From: Octopus vulgaris
Taxonomy: Eukaryota
Assembly: GCA_951406725.2 (NCBI GenBank)
Contig: OX597832.1
Coordinates: 23,994,001-24,058,000, forward strand
Reading direction: 5' to 3'
DNA length: 64,000 bases
In this document: positions 37,501 to 49,500 of the stretch, piece by piece
Layout of the letters: every line of letters begins with the position of its first letter
How positions within the stretch are numbered: position 1 is the first letter of the stretch
Notes under the pieces: model-generated
The model's database searches: none
Told to the model about the DNA's origin: nothing
The model's input: the letters and a program-made list of their open reading frames with translations, nothing else
Made by a program: the position numbers and the translations under genes

Positions 37501-40500
37501 TACTATCAAAAGATTTTTACCATTAATGTTAGCAGGGAATCATAGTTGCATGTTTTTGTTTTGGAAAAGTAAGCTTCACCTAACATCTTAAATGTTAGTA
37601 GCAAAGTATTTAAGTGAAATAAAAAATCACGATAAATAAAAGACAACCCATTATATTTAACATTAATTTTTCTATGCCAGCATTGCTTAAATGAATATGC
37701 TATTTTCGGCATTGCCTTACAACTGGATGCCCTTTCTGATGCTAACCATTACCAGTTTTCAAGTAAAGGGTCCTTAATTCCACAAGCTTCAAAACCACAA
37801 AACAAGTATGCTATCTATTTGTAGGTGAAATACTAACAGAATATTGCATGAATGTCGTGACTTTTGACTAAGAGGCAGATGTAAACAAACCCACACATGA
37901 TAGATTCTCTTCATGTTTCCACTTGTACTATGATTTTAAATATCAGTATTAAAAAAAACAATAAAAAAAGACAATTCATGATACATACACATCCATATAT
38001 ATCTAAAACCATATATTCACTAACATCCATTTCTACAAGCTAGCATGGGTTAGATGAATATATTTTAGGCATTGTTTTAAATCTGGGCAGAACTCCCCAA
38101 GTAGACTGCTCATATGTCACATTTGTTTTTAGATGACAATGGATTTATTTCTCAGTACACACACACACACATATCCCATACACTGTTGCAAGCAATCAGA
38201 AAGTGGAAGGTCTCCATAGCAGTCAGAGGGGGAATTCCACATCATCATATTTAACGTTAGCAACAGCATTTAATCTAATTGTAATCTTGAAGCTATGAGA
38301 CAACGAATGGTTAATTCAAAACAATGCAAATAAATAAGCATTTCTTTTGATAGAATTATCTGAATGCCACAGGATTAAGGCTTTGGAACACTAAATTTCA
38401 CTTATATTACAATTATAAATATCAGTTTTTAAAGTAAAAAAAAAAAAAGCACAATAAAAAAAGACAATCCATGATACACACACATCTATATATATCATTT
38501 ATTCACTTACATCCATTTCTCGAAGCTAGCATGGGTTAGATGAATATATTTTAGGCATTGATTTATGTATCCCATACACTATTGCACGCAATCAGAAATT
38601 GGAAGGTCTCCATAGAAGTCAGAGGGGGAATTCCACATCATCATATTTAACGTTAGCAACAGATGATGTCAACGAGTAGAAAGTGAACGGAGAGAAATTA
38701 AAATTATTTTCATAGCATTTAATCTAATTGTAATTAGTAAAATTAAATGTAAACTGAAGAGAGTGTTAAGTAGCTTATTTCACGTTAAGCTATAGAATTG
38801 ATTAAGAACCCTTTCTATAATTGTGTGCCAAATATCACATTAATATGTTGATAAGTATAAAAGTTACAGTTGTTTAATGAAACTAGTCTAAACTCATGAT
38901 TCCTTTAGAACTTAATTGAAACTCACGAGGGGTGTATTTTGGTAAGAAATATAATAACGAAAAGGGTTGATATCAGCATTTAAAAAAAATTCATGATACA
39001 CACACATCCATATGTATCTAAAATCATATATTCACTTACATCCATTTCTCCAAGCTAGCATGGGTTAGGTGAATATATTTTAGCCATTGTTTTACAACTG
39101 GGCAGTCCTCCCCAAGTAGACTGCTCATGCGTCACATTCCTTTTTAGATGACAAAGGATTTATTTCTTAATATGCACACACACACACGCATATCCCATAC
39201 ACTGTTGCAAGCAATCAGAAATTGGAAGGTCTCCATAGAAGTCAGAGGGGGAATTCCACATCATCATATTTAACGTTAGCAACAGATGACGTCAGCGAGT
39301 AGAAAGAGAAAGGAGAGAAATTAAAATTATTTTCACAGCATTTAATTTAATTCTAATTAGTAAAATTAAATGTAAGAGAAAAGAGTGTTAAGTAGATTAT
39401 TTCACATTCTCTTTTAAGTCCTCTTTAAATTAAGCTATAGAATTGATTAAGAACCCTTTCTATAATTGCGTGCCAAATATCACGTTAATATGTTGATAAG
39501 TATAAAAGTTACAGTTGTTTAATGAAAGTCTAAATTCATGATTGCTTTAGAATTTAATTGAAACTCATGAGGGGTGTATTTTGGTAAGAAATATAATAAC
39601 AAAAAAGGGTTAATATCAGCATTTAAGGTAAAAAAAAAAAAAAAAAAAAGCACAATAAAAAAAGACAATTCATGATTACACACACATCCACATATATCTA
39701 AAATCATATATTCACTTACATCCATTCCTCCAAGCTAGCATGGGTTAGAGGAATATATTTTAGGCATTATTTTACAACTGGGCAGTCCTCCCCAAGTAGA
39801 CTGCTCATTCGTCACATTTGTTTTTAGATGACAAAGGAATTATTTCTTAGTACACACACACGCATATCCCATACACTGTTGCAAGCAATCAGAAATTGGA
39901 AGGTCTCCATAGAAGTCAGAGGGGGAATTCCACATCATCATATTTAACGTTAGCAACAGATGACGTCGAGTAGAAAGAGAAAGGAGAGAAATTAAAATTA
40001 TTTTCATAGCATTTAATTTAATTGTAATTATTAAAATTAAATGTAAACTGAAGAGAGTGCTAAGTAGCTTATTTCACATTCTCTTTAAGTTAAGCTATAG
40101 AATTGATTAAGAACCCTTTCTATAATTGTGTGCCAAATATCACGTTAATATGTTGATAAGTAAAAAAAAGTTACAGTTGTTTAATGAAACTAGTCTAAAT
40201 TCATGATTACTTTAGAATTTAACTGAAACTCATGAGGGGTGTATTATGGTAAGAAATATAGTAACGAAAGGGTTAAATATCAGCATAAAAAAAAAAAAAA
40301 AAAGACAATTCATGATACACACATATCTATATGTATCTAAAATCATATATTCACTTACATCCATTTCTCCAAGCTAGCATGGGTTAGATGAATAGATTTT
40401 AGGCATTGTTTTTGAACTGGGTAGTCCTCCCCATGTAGACTGCTGATATGTCACATTTGTTTTTAGATGACAAAAACATTTCTTAGTACACACACACGCA

Positions 40501-43500
40501 TATCCCATACACTGTTGCAAGTAATCAGAAAGTGGAAGGTCTCCATAGAAGTCAGAGGGGGAATTCCACATCATCATATTTAACGTTAGCAACAGATGAC
40601 GTCAACGAGTAGAAAGAGAAAGGAGACATATTTAAATTATTTTCATAGCATTTAACTTAATTGTAATTAGTAAAATTATATGTAACTGAAGAGAGTGTTA
40701 AGTAGCTTATTTCACATTCTCTTTTAATAATGTAGTCTTCTGTTCAATAAATTCATCTTGGAGTTATGGCAATTCCCTAAGTATCTAATATCACAGTGAT
40801 TGTTAATAACAATCAGCTTGCCTTGCCTTGCCTTAACCATGAAGACAACTATTCTTCATTTCAAACAGGAATCTTAGAAATGTTTCGATAACAAACATTT
40901 TCCTCACAGCTTGATACTTTAATTCTAACTACACTCACGGAGTGGTTGGCGTTAGGAAGGGCATCCAGCTGTAGAAACATTGCCAGATAAGACCGGAGCC
41001 TGGTGCAGCCCTCTGGCTTCCCAGATCCCCGGTCGAACCGTCCAACCCATGCTAGCATGGAGAACGGACGTTAAACGATGATGATGTAATGTCCAGGATA
41101 GTAATACAAATGCATTATCAGAAGAATTTACCCATAGAGATATCAACATGTTAGCATTTAAATCCACCATATCTTGCCAAAATATGCTGTTTTACATTGA
41201 CACCGATCAGACCCAGCCTTTCACGCCCACCCTGAATGTGATTCTAAAAACAAACTATCACAGCATTGAAAACTTGAAGCTATGAGACAATGGATGGTTA
41301 ATTCAAAACAAGGCAAATAAATAAGATATTTCTTTTGATAGAGTTATCTGAACGCCAAAGGATCAAGGTTTCCACACACTAAATTTCACTTGTATTCAGA
41401 TTTTAAATATCAGTACTTAAGGTAAACAAAAAAGCACAATAAAAAAGACAATTCATGATTACACACACATCCATATATATCTAAAATCATATATTCACTT
41501 ACGTCCATCTCTCCGAGCTAGCATGGGTTAGAGGAATATATTTTAGGCATCGTTTTACAGATGGGTAGCCCTCATACTGCTCACATGTCACATATGTTTT
41601 TAGATGACAAAAGACTTATTTCTTAGTACACACACACACACACACACACGCATCCCATACACTGTTGCAAGCAATCAGAAAGTGGAAGGTCTCCATAGAA
41701 GTCAGAGGGGGAATTCCACATCATCATATTTAACGTTAGCAACAGATGACGTCAACGAGTAGAAAGAGAAAGGAGAGAAATCAAAATTATTTCCATAGCA
41801 TTTAATTCTAATTAGTAAAATTAAATGTAAGTGAAGAGAGTGTTAAGTAGATTGTTTCACGTTCTCTTTTAAGTCCTCTTTAAGTTAAGCTTTAGAATTG
41901 ATCAAGAACCCTTTCTATAATTGCGTGCCAAATATCACATTAATATATTGATAAGCATAAAAGTTACAGTTGTTTAATGAAAGTCTAAATTCATGATTAC
42001 TTTAGAATTTAATTGAAACTCATGAGGGATGTACTATGGTAAGAAATATAATAACGAAAAAAGGTTAATATCAGCATTTAAGGTAAAAAAAAAAAGCACA
42101 ATAAAAAAAATTCATGATACACACACATCATCGTTTAGCGTCCGTTTTCCATGCTAGCATGGGTTGGACGGTTCTACTGGGGTCTGTGAAGCCAGAAGGC
42201 TTCATCAGGCCCAGTCAAATCTGGCAGTGTTTCTACGGCTGGATGCCCTTCCTAACGCCAACCACTCCGTGAGTGTAGTGGGTGCTTTTTACGTGCCACC
42301 CGCACGAGGGCCAGGCGAGGCTGGCAACGGTCGCGAAACGGAAAGTTCTCTTACATGCCACCGGCACTGGTAACACATCTGCAATTTCCATTGATCGATT
42401 TCCATTGATTAAAATCATATATTCACTTACATCCATTTCTCCAAGCTGGCATGGGTTAGATGAATATATTTTAGGCATTGCTTTACAACTGGGTAGTCCT
42501 CCCCAAGTAGACTGCTAATTCGTCACATTTGTTTTTAGATGACAAAAGATTTATTTCTTAATACACACACACACGCATCCCATATACTGTTGCAAGCAAT
42601 CAGAAATTGGAAGGTCTCCATAGAAGTCAGAGGGGGAATTCCACATCATCATATTTAACGTTAGCAACAGACGACGTCAACGAGTAGAAAGAGAAAGGAA
42701 AGAAATTAAAATGATTTTCATAGTATTTAATCTAATTGTATATTCTTATACTTGTTTCAGTCACTTGACTGCGGCCATGCTGGAGCACCGCCTTTAATCG
42801 AGCAACTCGACCCTGGGACTTATTCTTTTGTAAGCCCAGTACTTATTCTATCGGTCTCTTTTGCCGAACCACTAAGTGACGGAGACGTAAACACACCAGC
42901 GTTGGTTGTCAAGCAACGCTAGGGGACAAACACAGACACACAAATATATACACAAATTACAGGGACGTAAATACACCAGAGCTTCCTTCAGTTTCCGTCT
43001 ACCAAATCCACTCACAAGGCTTTGGTCGGCCCGAGGCTATAGTAGAAGACACTTGCCCAAGGTGCCACGCAGTGGGACTAAACCCGGAACCATGTGGTTG
43101 GTAAACAAGCTACTTACCACACAGCCATTCCTGCGCCTATATATATTTTATATAAACAGCTATAAATTAATTTTCAGTACAATTCAATTGATTTGACTTA
43201 CCTCACCAAAAGTAGTAATTCTTTTAGCCAGTTCAATTTCTACTGCACCGGCACCAGCAACCAATCTACTATCCTGCAATTAAATATGCAATATCACTTA
43301 ATATTAATAAAAATACTATTTTACAACAATATATAATGGTACACAAACTAAACCACAGATGTGTATAAAATAGTGCCATAATTTTTAGCCTTCATCCTCA
43401 CAGACAATTAATCATATTTGGTTTACAGAAAGCATTTTTCTGTATTACTACAGTTTATATCTCTGATTCCAGATTTATACGAAAGTTAATAGAAGAGTGT

Positions 43501-46500
43501 GGCTCTCTGTCAGTTATGAGAACAAGTGATGCAGTTGATCTGCTGAAGAGAAGAGCCTACTTGTGAAATCAACATGCAAGGGGCTGGGCACTCCAGACAC
43601 GTGGACCCTTCAGGTATTCTCAAAGAGATTCAGTGTGACACAGATTGTGACAAGGGTAACCATTCGATTTACAGGTACTAATTATTTTTGCCAGCTGAGT
43701 GGACTGGGACAATGTGAAACTGAGCGTCTTGTTCAAGGACACACTGTGCCGCCAGGAATTGAACTCATGAACTTGAGCCAAACACCCAAACCACTAAGCC
43801 ATGCACCTTCAGGAATGTATACACCCCTAAAGAAAGAAAGAAAGAAAAAAAGCAACTTATCTGTATTCAACCTATTTGGAAAGTGAAAGTGAAATAACGG
43901 GTTAAAACCACATCTTCAGTGTATATTAGTCATAATGCTATCAGCAAATTTGGCCCAAGTTCATGCAATAGTTTATATACATACATTCCTGTTTTTTTTT
44001 TTTCTTTAACCCTTTCGTTACTGTATTTATTTTGAGATGCTCTGTGTTTCTTTCAATTATTTTAAATATAGCAAAGAATTTAGTAAAATAACTTAGTTAT
44101 CATTCAGCTAGTGTTAGGAATATAAATTGCAACTAAGGTTTGGTGGTATATTTTGATGCAAAACTTATGAAAACAAGACATTTGTACTACAGAGCCAGAG
44201 CCGGTTTTGGCCAGGTTGGTAACGAAAGGGTTAAATAATAGTACTTGGCTAACAGCATCTTATCAAAATCTCTAATTTCCAACAGGATTGGGAGATGAAT
44301 AGAGAGAAGGCAGTACAGGACTGATATAATAAATAACCAGTGCTTCAGCCCTTACCTTTGTCATAGCTTTAAATGTGTTGACACCGTCATCAATACATCT
44401 TTCAATATCATCTACAATATTGTCAGAGGAACCCCTGACTACAATTGTAGAGATTGCAGTGTCATCCTTCTCTGAAATCAGAGAAAAAATAAATAAATAA
44501 ATAAAAATAAACAATCAGGCTAATAAGTGCACCAATCATTATCAATAATTAAGAAATAAAACGCAGGTGTCCTACTCACCTTGTTTAAATATCACAACAG
44601 CAGTTTCTCCAATTTCATCTACATAAACATGGTCGCAAAACCCCATCTCTTCAGTGGTTGGAACAGTCTAGAATAGAAAATAGCATAATTAAATAGGTCA
44701 GGTGTACTATGAAATAAATATTCTAACATTGCAAGTTTCTCAAATGAGCCACTAACGATAATCCCAGGCACTGTCAAGTATATACTCTTTTTACTCTACT
44801 CTTTTACTTGTTTCAGTCATTTGACTGCGGCCATGCTGGAGCACCGTCTTTAATCGAACAACTCGACCCCGGGACTTATTCTTTTGTAAGCCCAGTACTT
44901 ATTCTATCGGTCTTTTTTTGTCGAACTGCTAAGTGACAGGGACATAAACCCACCAGCATCAGTTGTCAAGCAATGCTAGGGGGACAAACACAGACACACA
45001 CACGCATATATATATATATATATATATATATACGACGGGCTTCTTTCAGTTTCCGTCTACCAAATCCACTCACAAGGCTTTGGTCGGCCCGAGGCTATAA
45101 TAGAAGACACTTACCCAAGGTGCCACGCAGTGGGACTGAACCCGGAACCATGCGGTTGGTAGACAAGCTACTTACCACACAGCCACTCCTGCGCCTATTA
45201 AGTAATTAATTTTTTTTTACCTTTTTAATAAAATCCCTTAATTTTGAGGTGGATTAAGTACGAAAAGATTTTCTTTGAAGTGGGCATAACTAAAATTAAA
45301 AACTGAATTCCAGACTCATCCTTTGATTCAATCAGTGGACTACGGCCATGCAGAGCAGCTGATCGAATGGTTTAGTTAAACTGACCCCAGGACTTATTTC
45401 CACCAACCGAATTCACTCACAAAGCATTGGTCTGTCTTACCCAAGGTGCCTTGTAGCAAGACCAAACCTAAAACCATACAGTGAATTTCTTAACCACATA
45501 GCCATGCCTGCACCTAATAAAAGAACAGGCACCAGTTTTACTTTGATAGTATCTACTTTGACAAATGACATTACTGGTATCAAAAGCTAAATGTTTTACA
45601 ATTTTTTAATCTAGAAATGACCAATAGACCAAATTATGGATTCCATTAGATATTTATAGGAAGATAAGGAAGAAGATAACTGGTCCCTTTGTCAGTTAGA
45701 GTCACTTAGTGGACTGAAACACAGACCAGGGAACATGAGTTCACAAGAACAACCACCCAGGTTCAAATCCTGCTGGAGCCAGGAGTTTGGAAAGCAGCAG
45801 CAGGACACGTAAGAGTCATGACCTGGGTGGGCCTGGCTCCTGCAGAGCATCAGGTATAAGGGCAGAAACACTTGTTGGATGGGAGTTCTTCCTGTGAAGA
45901 TCTCTCCTGCTGTGTGCTTGCCTTGTGGCGAGTTTGTTATTTATTTTCTTTTGTTGATGAAGGCATCAAGAGTTATATAAAGACACCTTTAAATCAGGCT
46001 ATTTTGATCATCACCCAGTTTCATGTAGCACAATTACTTTGTAATCAAGATTAAAACAAGCATATCATCAGCATCATCGTTTAACGTCTGTTTTCCATGC
46101 TAGCATGGGTTGGACGGTTTGACTGGGGTCTGGGAAGCCAAGAGGCTGCACCAGGCTCCAGTCTGTGTTTCTACAGCTGGATGCCCTTCCTAATGCCAAC
46201 CACTCCGTGAGTGTAGTGGGTGATTTTTATGTGCCAGGGGAGGCTGGCACTGGCCACGATCGGTTGGTGGTTTTTATGTGCCACCGACACGGAAGCCAGT
46301 CAAGGCGGTGCTGGCATCGGCCACGTACAGATGGTGCCTTTTACATGCCAGGGTAGGCTGCATAGTTTAGCCTTATTGGTCATATAACAGTTAACTTTCT
46401 AAATAATACTTTAACAGGAGTAATATCAATATGGCATGCATTCCTTTACTCAGTGCCTGCCACCAAGCCTTAGTTTGTACACTCATCCTGCACTTCAAAT

Positions 46501-49500
46501 GCTTACTCTCCCCCTCTGTATGTTGGAAAGTGTAATCGGAGAATCAATCTAACTAACCAATATTCATATCAGCTATTATTATTATTATTATTATGAAGAG
46601 ATTAATGTTAGAAAAAAGACTGTTTACTTACAATTTTGGGGAGGACAGTTGCTGACACGGAACGAGCCAATCTTCTAAGGTCAAATTTGGATAAAAGACG
46701 AACGACTAGCAAGTTATATTTGTTGCAATAGTGGAGACTAAGCTCACCAACTTTACCACCGGTAACAATCACATTAACACCAGAGTCAGCAATGGTTTGA
46801 ATGTGCTGAAATAAAAAACATATGCAATTAGATACACCTCAGGAAAATATTAGGGGGGAAAGAAACAAACAAAAAGCAAAATAACACCATAATCTACCAG
46901 AAGAAAATACAAACTCACCTTTTCCATTTGGTCCTCTTCACCTTTGCTGAAATTCAGCAATTCTTCGGCAGTTTTTATCAGGACAGTTCCCTGTTAAGAA
47001 ATGGATGAAATTAGTAAAACTTTCTTATGAAATCGTTGGTTTAGGTTTTATTGCTCAATTGTATTGACAGATGAGGTGACAAAGACAGGTAAGGATTTAC
47101 ACAAACAGAAAGGTAGGTGGAGAGAAGAGACTAAACACAGGTGGAAGGAGATGAGTAAGTAGATAAACAAATGGAAAAATAGAGATTGCTGGGTAGGTAT
47201 GTAGTCAGATGGATAAGTAGAAAATTGGCGCTGCCCCAACTGGCCTCCGTGCCGGTGGCACGTAAAAAGCACCAACAGATCGTGGCCGTTGCCAGCCTCG
47301 CCTGGCGCTTGTGCCGGTGGCACGTAAAAAGCACCCACTACACTCACAAGGTGGTTGGTGTTAGGAAGGGCATCCAGCCGTAGAAACACTGCCAGATCAG
47401 ACTGGGCCCGGTGCAGCCTCCTGGCTTCCCAGACCCCGGTCGAACCGTCCAACCCATGCTAGCATGGAAAGCGGACGTTAACGATGATAAAATAATTATA
47501 AACCATGCGTTTATTGTGAAATAAATTATTGTCCAGTTGAGAGCTTATTAGCGTTTAAAACTTCTTCAATGTAATATTATTGCAGAAAGAAGTCCACATC
47601 AATAATAAAATCTAAAGTGCAGGCAATAATAGTCATTTTATAAAACCACCAGCCTTTCATGTTAAGGTGAGCAAAAAGGTTTATACTAGAATCGAAATGA
47701 ACCTATTTGTCATATAAGCAGGAGACTTCTGAAAAAGATTCATTGTTTGCCTGCCTTACACTTAGAAATGTTTGGCCACAAGTATTTTCACTCCACCAAT
47801 TACCAGTGGACTGCCTACTCCATGGTTTTGGTGGTTCTTGTCACAAATTCCCTGCTACAAACATCTATAAAAACGTTAAGTAAAAACTTTGAACTGCTTT
47901 AATGAAATTCGAATTATGAAAATACCTAAAACTAAAAAAAAACCTAAAAGAATCAATTCACTCTATTATATTACAATCTTTTACTTGTTTAAGTCATTTG
48001 ATTGTTTGACGTAGATATGTTGGGATACATGGATGCTAATTCTCAAATATAAAGTCCTAAACCAAATATTTTGAGAACGGTTCATGCTAACACTGTCACA
48101 AAAGACAGAATTAGATTTTAAAAAAGAAAAAAAAAGGGAGAAAGCACTTGTCAATTGTATTGTTAGTGAGAGGTGTATAAAAATTTTTTTAAAAAAAGGG
48201 GTCACTCTTACCTTAGTTTCTGTTTGCAAAGAATCTAATGGGCAGGAATAGATAGCTATTTTGCATTTCTCTGCTTTAGTGATATCACCTTCAACTGCAC
48301 GCTTGAAAACCATTCCTTGAAGCACACTGGAATTCATCATACTACAACCCTAAAAACAGAGAAAGACTTAAATATAGAAACTACAAATTTACTCTAAGTT
48401 GCTAAAAACACCAGAAAGATTTTGACACTAAAATTGCTATTTAAAAAAAAATATCAGTGCTTTTAATTCAAAAATAGTTAAAATTATACAATGAACAGAA
48501 TAGAAGGCTGCAAAGCAATCAGTAAAGCCACTAATGAATGAATATAGAAATGAAAACAAAGTGAAGAAAATCTTACCAGAATCTTGCATACTCTGACATT
48601 ATCAACATTGAAAGTATTTTTCATGGATAATATTCCAACTGAAATTGAAGTAAAACATTATTTACTCATGTGATGCATAACTCACAAATTCAGTTGACAT
48701 TTAATTTTACAAGATACTTAGCATAACATAAAAAAAATTTTTAATTTAAGACCCTTCAACTCTGTTACCATAAGCAAAACAAAATAGAACTTGTGACACT
48801 ATTTACAAAAGCCCATCATACACTACATTAAAATGAATACTTTGAATGGTATTTATTCATAAATCAACAAATTTAATGTCAAATTTGTCAAGTAGATTTG
48901 AGCTCAACCATGTACATCTGGTACAACATGTACCATGGTGAAATGACCAAAGCTAATTTCATCTATCAATAGTTATCTTTCTTGATACAGATTCAAAAAC
49001 TTTCTGGATACAGTCAAGGACTTATGATCTGCACTAATTTAAAAAAAAAACGATGCCGCCGTGGTGAACTGATTCTCACTCACAACATCATAAGCAGAAA
49101 GTGTAACCTCTCGAAAGAGCTGTTCTTCACTCCTGCTCCAGAGCATGGGCTGCGGGGTCACTCCGAAAAGCTCTATCTACGACGATTTCATCTCAATCGG
49201 AGAGGGGCTTTCTCTGTCCGGGTTGCGGATCTGTGGAATAAGCTGCCAGACGAGATAGTGAAGATGCCGACAACCGCTCAGTTCAAAGTCTCTCTTGACC
49301 AGAAATGGCCTGAACTCTTTATATGACCACCCTCCCTGTACATAACTCCCTGTCCCCCTACATGGCCTTGCTTTTGTTTTTTGAGCCAATAAAAATTGAA
49401 TTGAACCGAATTGAATACTTATGATGCAGGTACCTACATTTCATTTAATATTTAAGGTGAGGCGACCAAGGTGACCAACCATGGCCAAGAAAAATCAATT

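Larger units (their letters stand above)
37930..42740. repeat. Tandem array of 7 units (mostly ~620-670 bp, altered by deletions and SINE insertions) in CCT8 intron 13
   Basis: Conserved core recurs at 38183, 38579, 39202, 39876, 40512, 41662 and 42587. Confidence 0.95.

Noticed and set aside
37930-42740. CRISPR-like or miRNA-cluster reading of the array
   Set aside because: Spacers are homologous to each other rather than unique, the context is eukaryotic, and the core pairs too poorly for a pre-miRNA while having all four C/D boxes.
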